From Acanthaster planci (lineage: Eukaryota): DNA of 64,000 bases. The DNA lies in contig NW_019091362.1 in the NCBI RefSeq assembly GCF_001949145.1, positions 1,557,838-1,621,837 on the forward strand. The letters run 5' to 3'. Shown in pieces: positions 1 to 11,700 of this stretch. The stretch's first letter is position 1, and every line of letters starts with the position of its first letter. The notes beneath the pieces were generated by a model. That model was not told the origin of the DNA, did no database searches, and was given only the letters and a program-made list of their open reading frames with translations. A program made the position numbers and the translations under genes.

Positions 1-3000
1 TTATTTGGATTGTGTAGTTCAGGAGAGGTGGCATCGTACACCAGATTGCCCAAGACATCCCTGAGGCAGTCCTCCTGACCCGGGGGGTACAGAAGCCATC
101 TCTTGCGGCCGCAGACGTTTGCCGACCAGGAATAGGAGCGGAAAACGTCAGCATGGAAAGGGGTCCTGTGTTTAGAAAAGAAAATCAAAATTGAAGCTTG
201 CCGCTGGGCTGCGATAGATACCTGGAAACTTAATACGTCATGAAAATTGGCGGGTATCTGGATTTGTCTTGTTTGGTTTTATATCACGTGAAAGGTAGAA
301 CAATTTGCAGGGAATCTCGTGACACAAGCGATATATCTACGATATTGTTTTGCTCTTTTTTGGTTTTAAAGAAAACTACCTTCCCATGGAAACTTTGCTG
401 TCCAGAAATTGGCCACTCTGGCAATTCCCTATAAGTACATGTAGATAATTGTATCTATCCTTGCAGGTGACTTGCCGCAATGTATCGACATGTAACCACC
501 TGCCAGGTGTCAAACGACCCCATGATTAGAAACTACAAACCCTAACCACTAGGCTGCATGTTCCTTAATAGACCACGACAATGTGGTAGGCCCACATCCG
601 CAGCCAATAAGCCCCAGCTGCACAGGGCACCTGATGCTTTGTTTCTCTTTTCCACACATTTATGGGTTAAATTTCAACTTTTGAACACTAAAGACATCCC
701 AATATGTATTCCTGGGCACCTATGTCTCAGATGTAGTTTCTCATTGACTAAATGATTGCTCAAAAAAAAAAAAAGGACCCTTTAACCCCAAGTGCCCTAC
801 GTGCACTCAGGTCAAAACACCTGCCATTGTAGTATTTAATACACCTGTAGAATCAGAGTTGTATATTGCAATTAGATGTTCCCTTAATAAAAATAGACCA
901 TACGTTTACTGCATCTGATTTAGGCTACTGCAAAAACCACAGGTGAGATTAAGGAATGAAGAGAATTTTGAAATAAAGACAGCAATAAAATAAAAACTTT
1001 GCAATAAAAACGGGGGAGGGTTTACACGCTAACATGACATGAATTTTATGCCTAATGTCTATGCTAAACAGAATCTCACACATGTTTATATGTACAGAGA
1101 GCGAAGAAATAGCAAAATTTGAATAATTAAATCTCTAAAAAGTCTAGAATATGGGAACAAAAATCTACAAATTGGGTAAAACTTGAGAAATCACATTCAT
1201 GCAGGAGGTTTTTGAGCAAAGTACTGAAGAGTCCAGAGTTGAGGAGTATCTTGCAGTGTGTGTATTACTTACCAAGAACCCTTAGGGCCCATGTAGACAA
1301 AGCGGTAGTCGTCCGATGTCTGGCCGGGCCTTTTGTCCCAGTACTCGTTCATCCAGTCAGATGTGAAAAAGACAGGTGTCCTGTAAGCCTTGTAATCTGG
1401 GAAGGATCTGTGTTTGGTTTGCGGAAAGGAAAAACCACAGTTGATAGATTATTAGACTGGGGGCCGAAGGAAGGGGTGAGTGGTGAAGTACATTTACCCT
1501 GTATGTTATGGTAATCTAATAAATCACACGGGGAAACCGAAGGGGTTGGACAAAGACTATCTTTGAATAACTGAACCTCTCTGCCATGTCCATCATTAAT
1601 TCTGGTCTAACCCTTGCATAAATGGAACGTATGTGTTAAAATGGCTGGTGCGTGGCAACCCTGCATAAAAGCTGAGTTCGGGCGGCTTGTTCCCGTATGT
1701 TCACGAACAGCTCAATTTGTTGTTCGTGGGTTGGCTGCTTGAACGCTAGGAACAAATAACCGGTTATCGCTGGTAGTTAGTGACAAGCAACATGCAACAT
1801 GGCGCCGTCCATGTAGGCTACGTTAACCCTCTTAGAATTAATGTTTGGATGGGCTGAATTCTTTTCTATATGAACAGGAACATTCATTTCTGTGTTACAG
1901 AAAATTATTAATGTTGATTTTGTAAAACGTCCCATTGTCTATGGCTTTGGAAGCCATCTCTCTACTTTTTGCAGCCGTTCAAAAATCAAAATCTCACGAG
2001 TTTTTCCGTGTGTTCCTGTAAAATGCTGGCGAGGGGGTGGTGTGTGATCCTAATCCGAGAACAGTGTTCTTGAGTCATGTTCCCGCCGTTCGAGCGTCAG
2101 AACAAGGAACCCGTGTCGAGAACAGGCCGCCCGAACTCGACCAAAGAAACTAACAAAAAGGATTGAATAGTTACGATGGGTTATGTAATCAAATCACACT
2201 TCAGTCCATATTTGCCGTTACATGTTGCATGGACAACACAATTACAAATTGACTGCGGTAAACTCCTAAGTCAACACATTCTAAATAGCATGAGACAATT
2301 TCCAGGCAGATTGTCTTCCATAGCTTCAGACTATGACTGTAGCTTAAGACGAAGAAGATAATTCCGCATGTCACTGGTGTACTTTCCAGGTCAGGGAAAA
2401 ATTTTGGCTTATGTACTGAGGTTACATCCAGTAAAACTAAAAATGTTTTGCTTACAAGCTCATGCAGAATTTCTGTACAAACACTTTGAGAGTGTCAGTC
2501 ATTCCAGATCAACACGCATGTGCCACACCAGNNNNNNNNNNNNNNNNNNNNNNNNNNNNNNNNNNNNNNNNNNNNNNNNNNNNNNNNNNNNNNNNNNNNN
2601 NNNNNNNNNNNNNNNNNNNNNNNNNNNNNNNNNNNNNNNNNNNNNNNNNNNNNNNNNNNNNNNNNNNNNNNNNNNNNNNNNNNNNNNNNNNNNNNNNNNN
2701 NNNNNNNNNNNNNNNNNNNNNNNNNNNNNNNNNNNNNNNNNNNNNNNNNNNNNNNNNNNNNNNNNNNNNNNNNNNNNNNNNNNNNNNNNNNNNNNNNNNN
2801 NNNNNNNNNNNNNNNNNNNNNNNNNNNNNNNNNNNNNNNNNNNNNNNNNNNNNNNNNNNNNNNNNNNNNNNNNNNNNNNNNNNNNNNNNNNNNNNNNNNN
2901 NNNNNNNNNNNNNNNNNNNNNNNNNNNNNNNNNNNNNNNNNNNNNNNNNNNNNNNNNNNNNNNNNNNNNNNNNNNNNNNNNNNNNNNNNNNNNNNNNNNN

Positions 3001-4755
3001 NNNNNNNNNNNNNNNNNNNNNNNNNNNNNNNNNNNNNNNNNNNNNNNNNNNNNNNNNNNNNNNNNNNNNNNNNNNNNNNNNNNNNNNNNNNNNNNNNNNN
3101 NNNNNNNNNNNNNNNNNNNNNNNNNNNNNNNNNNNNNNNNNNNNNNNNNNNNNNNNNNNNNNNNNNNNNNNNNNNNNNNNNNNNNNNNNNNNNNNNNNNN
3201 NNNNNNNNNNNNNNNNNNNNNNNNNNNNNNNNNNNNNNNNNNNNNNNNNNNNNNNNNNNNNNNNNNNNNNNNNNNNNNNNNNNNNNNNNNNNNNNNNNNN
3301 NNNNNNNNNNNNNNNNNNNNNNNNNNNNNNNNNNNNNNNNNNNNNNNNNNNNNNNNNNNNNNNNNNNNNNNNNNNNNNNNNNNNNNNNNNNNNNNNNNNN
3401 NNNNNNNNNNNNNNNNNNNNNNNNNNNNNNNNNNNNNNNNNNNNNNNNNNNNNNNNNNNNNNNNNNNNNNCCCTTCCAGATCAACACGCATGTGCCACAC
3501 CAGCCCTTCCAGATCAACACGCATGTGCCACACCAGCCCTATCGGCACAGCTATTAGCCAACTCACAGAAACAACTGAATATGTTCAAGCTGGAGTGACG
3601 TCATGTGCTTTGTTCTGAAGACCTTGCCTTTCTGAACTACCAAACTGGCCCAATCTGAGGTAAGTCAAGCCAACAACTTCAGCCGAATCATTCATTGTTT
3701 CTCTGTAAGAAGGCTCATCTTCCAAACGTCTTCGGGTGATCACTCACTTTTTAAAATGCCAGTCCTTCAAATAAAGGCAACTAGTGTTTTCCCTGACATC
3801 CTCGTTAAGTTGTTCCCAGTAATGGAGGTATTCTGCCAACTGCATGTCTGACTTGGGCTGCGCTGAATACTCGACCATCTTACAGTCAGCCACTGGCACA
3901 ACTGCATCCCCTGTGAGCAGGGAAACAGAAAAAACATGTATTTAATGATCCTATTCAATCCTGTTGAGAAAGTTAGTTATATTTAGCATGATGTAAGGTG
4001 CAAATAAAGATTGACCTTGTACATGTAGCATTGATTTCAACAAAGACGATTTTTATAACTTTCATAAACATGTTTTCATGGTAGCAGAATTCTACAGATC
4101 AAGTTTACAATCTGCTCGAGCATAACCGTCTTCAGTCCTGGCCAAAAAGTGGTAGCATCAGTCACATAATTTCTTAAAGCATTGCAAGTTCTGGTTTTTA
4201 ACTTCTAAAAATAATTATTTTTTTTCCAACCTCACTAACCCTAACAGTCCTCAGTCCTCCAACAGGTGAAGGATTGAGGAGTGTTAGGGTTAAACATGCA
4301 AAAATATGTCTCAAAATTTAGTTCGTATTTCATTTCATAACTTCATAGATCTGCGTGGAAGCATGTTTATTTTTCTACAAGGACTTCTTGGCTAGGAATG
4401 ATAGTCATTTAAGCATCTAACATACAATTTTGTTTGTTGTCTTCATTCATATATCCAGAATACCAAAATAGTCCTGAAACAAAAATTGGTTGATAATCTC
4501 ACCAAAGTTCTGAGCAAGAAAGTCAAAATTTGGCCTTCCGTCTTCCATCACCCACTCCTGAACTGCCCTCCATTCTCTTGTGATATGAGGACCAAAAACA
4601 CATGGCTTATTGGGAATGAGAAACCTTGAGAAAAACTCATCGTAGTAGATGCCTGCGCTGATGTACTCTACTTCTCCAACCTCAAAATCACATCTGAGTT
4701 TTGCACTATCGTGGTGCAAGACAGCCTTCAGTGCATCCCGACTTATTGATGCCAT
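1..4755 (-). CDS. JMJD4: JmjC-domain 2-oxoglutarate/Fe oxygenase JMJD4, 5' part (continues off the window)
   Basis: Coding exons 4755-4503, 3910-3748, 1407-1273, 165-<1, all AG/GT flanked and phase-compatible. They splice to MASISRDAL...FFSRFLIPNKPCVF...RPNFDFL...VVPVADC...LYLKDWHF...YRTPVFFTSDWMNEYW...DDYRFVYMGPKGSWTPFHADVFRSYSWSANVCGRKRWLLYPPGQE, with the HxD iron motif and JMJD4-typical motifs. Kozak context CACCATGG. Confidence 0.93.
1674..2138. mobile_element. MITE-like element with ~19-bp terminal inverted repeats in a JMJD4 intron
   Basis: Left GAGTTCGGGCGGCTTGTTC, right GAACAGGCCGCCCGAACTC (one mismatch); GTTC/GAAC-rich subterminal motifs; no coding capacity. Confidence 0.65.
2502..3540. 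repeat. 33-bp minisatellite spanning an assembly gap (2532-3470)
   Basis: Unit CCCTTCCAGATCAACACGCATGTGCCACACCAG lies on both sides of the N-run. Confidence 0.85.
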
Positions 4756-5364
4756 GGTGACTATCAATCTGAATGCATGTTTGTAGAATCCTACTGCTGA
4801 AAAATATACAAAAATGGAAAAGTTTGTTAAGGAAACCCATAGAGCGAGGGAACAGCACCTTTGTGTGCATGGTATGCTACGTGTGTGGCCCATTGTGTGC
4901 ATGGTATGCTATGTGTGTGGCCAGCATTTTTAAAAGTCCTCATATTGATGAAAGAAAAAGAAAGACCAGAACCTATTGTTAATGTACCTCCAGAACTATG
5001 GGGTCCGATGTCTACCCCGCTTCATAGCTTCATTGGAACGGGGCGGACATCGGATCCCACAGTTCTGGGGGTAATTGTCATGTTGGTCAGATGGTTGTGA
5101 CTGGAATTGCAGATTGAAGTTCAACTTGCATGACTTGCTCAGTTTCGCTTTGTGATCATCATGTACTACATGATTAATAATGTAGGCCTAGCCTAAATTA
5201 TTAGGCCTAATCTTTGAAAAATAGGGCTTATGCCACTAAACAAGTCGTTGAAAAAAACACTAACACAGACAGATATCCAACTGCGAGAGGAGGTGCCAAA
5301 ACAAGACTCTCAATGTCATTAAACTATGTAACTCAACATGTACGCATCAAACACTGACACTTAC

Positions 5365-5735
5365 TCAAATCAAACAGGTGAAAAGCGACAATGTATATGT
5401 ATGGGCAGCGCCATGTTAGGCTCCAACTTGATCCATAATGTGGAACACGTTGATATGTGCATAAAAAAGTTTTTGTTCACAGCAAGTCCCATTGTAAAAA
5501 AATATAATATTATATAATTTTATTGACTTATTTTAGTGATTTTTTTTTTCAATAAGAGCACTGATTTTGTTACCACAAAAACACAACTTTTATGGAAGAT
5601 GATCTGCATGACCTCACGCATGCTCAGTTTCAATAAGACCGCGTGGCCGGTTTTGCGAGGGATGGAGTTTCTCGAGTTCCGTGTGTAGTCCTCAACAAAG
5701 TACTTCAAAACTGATGTTAACATTGGGGAGACATT
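5365..5735. promoter_or_regulatory. Probable bidirectional promoter between JMJD4 (non-coding first exon ending at 5365) and NOP58
   Basis: Minus-strand donor GTAAGT at 5364 and acceptor at 4769 just upstream of the JMJD4 ATG. YY1-like CGCCATGTT at 5409-5417. NOP58 ATG at 5736. Confidence 0.55.
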
Positions 5736-8700
5736 ATGTTGGTGTTATTTGAATCTCCAGCAGGTTATGCTGTTTTTAAGGTTTGTCTTGTTCAAATAAT
5801 GTGGAATTTTTCACCTGGCACGCCTGGCGGTTATGTACCCGGCCATGCTGCATGCTGGCACTTGCCTAGCCATGCATGCCATGCATGGTAGCTGGCGTGT
5901 TCAACATTTGATTTACTGTGCTCTCCACTGTTCAGTTCCACGATGGACCGTGTACATCACGTGAACCAACGAAGCGCCGCGCTTTTTATCACATACGAGA
6001 GGACACCAGTGAGCGACCTTGGACCACTCTGTCGTGGTGGTCCTTACTTTAACCATGGAGATTCTACCTCCATGCTTTAACTTAAGTTTTAGCACCATAT
6101 TCCCATACTACTTTTCAATGAGGCCTACTACTACTAGCAGTGTTCTCCATGGGCTGTTTTAGCAGGGCGGACTGCCCTGCCAAAATTTTGGACCGCCCCA
6201 CTAAAAATTTGCCGCCCTGCTAAAATGTGTGCCGCCCTGCTATTTTTTTGAGCAGTATATTTTTCCCGGAATGTCTACTTTCTCAAGATTTTAATAAAAA
6301 ACAGGTTTACCGCAATTTGTGGATCGAGTTTGAGTTTATCGACAACGTTTATGGTGTACTGACAATGGTGATCGTTGGCTGCCTACTGTTATGCATAGTC
6401 AACCTCGTGTCCTAAAAAACAAAAACCATCGCGTATGTTTTGTACATCGTATTGCGCACATGTGTACATGTACATATAGTGCATGTGACTGGTACCTGCG
6501 GCGCAACATTGCTTTGCGGAGTGTGCGCGGGCGCCAGTGGAAGGACCGTGCCATGCCTGAGCAGTCCCCACACTGTGCTCTCATGGAGGGGTTGCTTCAT
6601 TTTTATAATGTGAGCTGGAAATTGTAAACTTATCTTTGCTTGAACACACATTGTTTCTTTTGTCCTTTTTTATTCAAGGGCGCATTTTGAGGCTTGTTTT
6701 TACTCTACCTTTTCACAGTCAACTGATCAATGAGAAAACCGCATGCTCTGCTCATCTCAAGCATGTCTCGAGTCACCAACATTAATCTTTGATGAAGAAA
6801 TTCCTCCTGAAGAATATCTAGCCAATATTTCACGTTGTAACCAGATTTTGGGCCAAATTACAGACAAAAGTGGACTTGAATGCACCACAGAGCATCTGGA
6901 ATCCAAAATTTTCCAGGGCCCTTAAGCGGGCTTTCTGTTGGAAAATGGGGTGAAACAGCAGCAGGTTCTAGACATCATTTCACACCCTATGTACGAACCC
7001 TATGCTATGGGACTGGTCTGCAAAATTCCAAGTCATGCAAGTGTTTCTAAGTAAATGCTATGGTTCAACACTTTCAGTGCAAAATTTGACTTATTTGAAA
7101 ATCTTATCACCCTTGGAGGGCTAATAAACTACTGAGAACAGTGTATTGTTGCAGGGCGTCTCTTATGAAACTAAGCATGGACCCTTGAAGCATGAAATCA
7201 AACCAGAATGACAGCGCATCAGTGTTCTTGCCATCAAGTGTTACGTTATTACTCTTACTGTTACATTTGACAAAATGCCTTTTTTTTAATATGTAGACCT
7301 ACTCTTATTGTTCAAGGTATCAAATTCTATAAAAAAAAGATAAGTAATTTGGCGATCGTTAACATTTGAATAGCAACTTCTTGTTTTATTTGCAGCTTCT
7401 GGATGAGAAGAAGCTGCTTGCCGTTGATAACCTGTACCAGGATTTTGCCAGTCCTGAGGGAGCAAGCAGAATGTGAGTTCAGTCAGTGTTAAGATGTCAA
7501 GTGTTAAGATGTCAAGTGGGTTTGCTGGACAGTTTTAATGTTCAGTCCAGTTTTGTTTCTTGTTTGTCATTTTTTGCCAATTTTTGGAGTAATCCTTAGA
7601 GATGCAGTTTACCTATCACAAGTTGATTACTGGTCAACCTAGAAATCTGGACAGGGGAATTGAGTTCATGTGGAGTGCTTTATGGTTGACTGGCCACGAC
7701 TTGACTGCAACATTGGTTGCCTGGGGTGTATTTTTATATATCAATTCCATTACATGACATGCCGAGTATGCCCAGAATGCTTCATCTTGACATGAACACC
7801 TCAGAGATTTTGGAACATTTTGTAGAAATGAAGGTGTATAGGAGCCATTGTTACTTAAACTGGGACTTGATTGCTGACTTTTTGAAGAGTCACAAAGGTT
7901 TTTAGCCAGATTAAATGAGGACAGTATAGGGGATTGGAACCCTTTGTAGATAATTATTTCAATATTCAGCAAATCTCTGTTTGACACCTTTGCCTTTTTT
8001 AACAAACCTGTAGAGTGAAGCTGAAACAGTTTGAGAAATTTCAAGACACAACAGAAGCCCTTGCAGGTATGTTTCAGGTGTTAAAGGTAAAATGCCAATT
8101 TCTGTACAAACCATTTCCATGTGTGGTACAGACCTGGTGCTTTGAGGCACAAAGCTGTTATCCCTTGTGGTATGTTAGAGGTGGGGAATTTAAAAAAATG
8201 GCAGTCTTCGGGAGCTCTAGGGAGGCTTTATAGGCAAAGACCAAATCATATGCATGTGTCTTCTGTGTGATTTATGATGGCTTGGAATTGATTGTTGATT
8301 GTAGTGATTGTTGGTTGCAGGGTTGGATTATTTTCCCATTCTGAATGTCTTTGGACACATCGATCTCCCTCACAGAAGTGCACATTGGAAGTAATCAACG
8401 GCACAAGAGAAGCTAAGCGTAGTTGTCAGTGATGATGCAATGTAGTCTGATTTCATTGATGCCACACACATCGTCACTACCTCATCTGAGACAACTCTGA
8501 ACGCGCACCCGTAGATGCTGAGGACCTTGCTTAAAATTCTTTGTCTGTTGAGTGCATAGTGCAGAGACAAAGCTAACTTGCAATCTTGTCAGACGCAGAC
8601 CTTGTGTAAAGGCTTCACTGTCCAGAAGTTTACATCGCTTGAGGGTTTTAAAAGCCCAAAATGGTGAAATATCGCAGTCTTGAAAGGATTTGGGCTATAA

Positions 8701-11700
8701 CCTATTGAAAGTTGGGGTGTCAGAATTGCCGTCTGGAAAATTCCAAGTATGCTCTCTGAAAAATGCAAACACCCAGAAGACATCTTGCTAATTCCTAGGG
8801 TTTGTGCTTTGTACTGTGAAGAAATAGAGAATTTCCTGCCCAGAAAAGTCTCACTCTAGTTGTTTATGCTTCCAGCTGCAACTGCCGCCGTGGAAGGCAA
8901 ACTCAACAAGGGCTTGAAGAAAATCCTCAAGAAGATCGTTGCGAAAGATGCTCACTCGGAACTTGCAGTAGCTGATGCTAAATTGGGTGGCATCATAAAG
9001 GTAATACGGCTGTCACTGTCTAGGTTTACTATCAGGAAGATGTTGGCTGCTGTGTTCTGGAGACTAATTCAGTGACCTGAATTAGAAGCCATTACTGTGG
9101 TGTCAACATGCTCATGGGCAGGTGGTACACCTGCGGTACCTTTGACCTTCACCGACAGGGTGTTGTGTCATGTCAGAATGCGTGCGCGCCCCAAGTTGAA
9201 GAAGGCTAGTCTCAGGTAACTTTGTAGGTTGCAGAGCACTTTTTTCACCACGATTTTCCGTATCTGTGGCACTTTTGCAGGTGTTTGAATCTACTTCGTA
9301 ATGGTGGGAAAAAATGCACGAATATCTACTGGCGACCTCTGGAATTTCTGTAGCAAATATGGTGCCGTTGTCGGAGTCATTCAGTCACCAGTGTTGGGCT
9401 GGAGGCACTCAGTGCTGTGATGAGTTAATTTGCGCCCGATAGCAAGGCTGGTGACAGACGCCTACTGTCAAACAAGCCACCTTGCCTATGTGACGACGAC
9501 AGCTCTGAGCACTTTTCTCTGGTCCCGGTTTGTGGCTAGATTCATGAAAAATGTCCGATATGAGATTTGGTGTCGAACTTTAAAATATTTTAACCAAAGT
9601 GTCAACCCTTGTTTCTCATGTATCAACTGGGCAGTGCATGTATGTAGATTAAAACTTTCACCCCTGCTTGACTTCAATTGAAATACGTCTCAAGAAAATT
9701 GTACCGAAATTTTGTTTTCCTAAAACTACCCAAATGTCTATTGATTTCAGTTTTTAAGCCTCGTTAGTTCTCATTTTGAGGAAAGCAAGTGAGACATCAT
9801 ACATACTTTATCACTACAACTTTGCAAAGATTTGGCTATAAAATTGTTCAGTTATTCAGCCCTTGTCTGTCTGTCTTGTTTGCAGGAAAAGCTCGATCTA
9901 ACATGTGTTCACAACTCGGCCATTGCCGAGCTCATGCGAGGCATTCGGTCACAGTTCAGCAGTCTGGTGCCTGGACTCCCTGAGAGGGAGCTGACAGCAA
10001 TGACACTGGGGCTGGCTCACAGGTTGGTAGTGTCTCCCTTCTGAATGAAGTCCAGGATCGACTTATTGCTGTGACTAAAGATTTATACGTGGAGAAAAAA
10101 ATGTTTCAGTTTGTAGTCATCCGATTTTCTGAATGCAAACCAGGTTGACTGTGGTCATTAATTGTTTATCTAACAATATGTAAATACGGATGTATGTGCA
10201 TGCATACACGGTTGGTGACCCCTGGGTCACAGAGGCCATGTTATAGATCCATTTGGAGGAGGCAGGACTGTGAATTGTACGTGTGCAAGCATTGTATGGG
10301 CTGTCAATGATGTATATGTATTCAGTAACAGATTAAAATGTGAAGATTGAAAAACATTCGTCACTACCTCTGAGACGGCCCGTCTAGGTCATTTTTGATT
10401 TACAAATCACGAACATTTTTCACAACATAACGTAAACATTATTGTAATGTTAGATGTACAGACCATGACCTGTTTAAGTTACCGAACCGACCAAGTCAGT
10501 ACAAATCGGTTATGTTCAGTCTCGCATGGAATTCCCATGGAATATGTTGAACTGTTTAGAATTTGATCTGTTGTCTTCTGTTTTCATTCACAGTCTGTCC
10601 AGATACAAGCTCAAGTTCAGCCCGGACAAAGTGGACACCATGATTGTTCAGGCAATTTGTAAGTTCACCGGCAGGATTTACCCCAATACGTTTCCGAGTT
10701 TTCTTGCTCTTGCATGTGGTGGAACAGCCTAACTGCATTAGTATGCTCTTTGACATTGACTTTGACACCTGTATGCACATTTTTGCAGCTGTTTCCTTTT
10801 TTATTCTGCATTTAACACAGTTTATGAATATTCATTATGTTAGGGGACAAATAAAATTTGCTTTTTGGGAAGTAGTTCAGTCTTTTGCAAGATGTGTTGT
10901 TTTTGCTGTTTTTTTTTTTTATTTTTCAATTTTTTTTTTAAATTTTTCAAGTTTACTTTGCATTCTGCATGGAAGTAGTGCTCAGGTGCCATGATGAGTT
11001 AATTTGCGCCCGATAGCAAGGCTGGTGACAGACGCCTACTGTCAAACAAGCCGCCCTGCCGATGTGACGATCACAGCTCTAAGCAGTAGCATTGCCTTCA
11101 TGCGGACCATCAGAAGATTGCCAAGAAGCAGTCATGCTATTACAGTCATGCAGGGGACTTCTGTCTGAATGTCGTTCAGAGCATAGAAAACATTGGAAAT
11201 ACTGCATGAATGTTGTTTTGAATTTATTAAATTATAATGGTGTTCCGTGACAGCCCTTTTAGACGATCTCGACAAGGAACTGAATAACTACATCATGAGA
11301 TGTCGGGAGTGGTATGGCTGGCACTTTCCTGAACTGGGGAAAATTATCAGCGACAATCTGGCCTTTGCAAAGGTTGTCAAATTCATGGGTAAGTCTTCAG
11401 TCTCAGTTCAACTGTGTGCTCTCTCAACAATTGCTAAAACTGTACAGCTAAAGTCACTTAGTTGAGAAAATTGTGAACATTTACAAGCAAGAGACAGCGT
11501 GAAATTTATTTTATGTAGCCATGTTTGCATGGCTGCCGCCCTACGTAAAAAAATCCACCACAATGCTTGCTAGTCACCACAAGATCCAACAGTGGTATTG
11601 TTCAGTGGGAGGATCGTCTCTCATTGTTTCAACGTGGGCGGGGGTATTTTGGCAGCTGTTGATTTCTAAGGGGGAACCAGATTTTGCATTTGTCGCAATA

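Noticed and set aside
2502..3540. 33-bp direct repeats resembling a CRISPR array
   Set aside because: Units are head-to-tail with no spacers, in a eukaryotic intron: a minisatellite.
2368..3618. Long ORFs of 200-416 aa in the ORF track (also at 32270-33334 and 42795-43564)
   Set aside because: Artefacts of N-runs translated as X.
6138..7143. Possible hAT-like element CAGTGTTCTC ... GAGAACAGTG in NOP58 intron 1
   Set aside because: Short imperfect TIR and no target-site duplication; boundaries unsupported.
7604..7715. Two hairpin-like segments followed by ACA in NOP58 intron 2 (possible H/ACA snoRNA)
   Set aside because: No ANANNA H box at the hinge; cannot be supported without folding or a covariance search.
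8274..8344. ATGATGG ... CTGA possible second C/D snoRNA in NOP58 intron 3
   Set aside because: Non-consensus box C, no convincing terminal stem, no recognisable rRNA complementarity.
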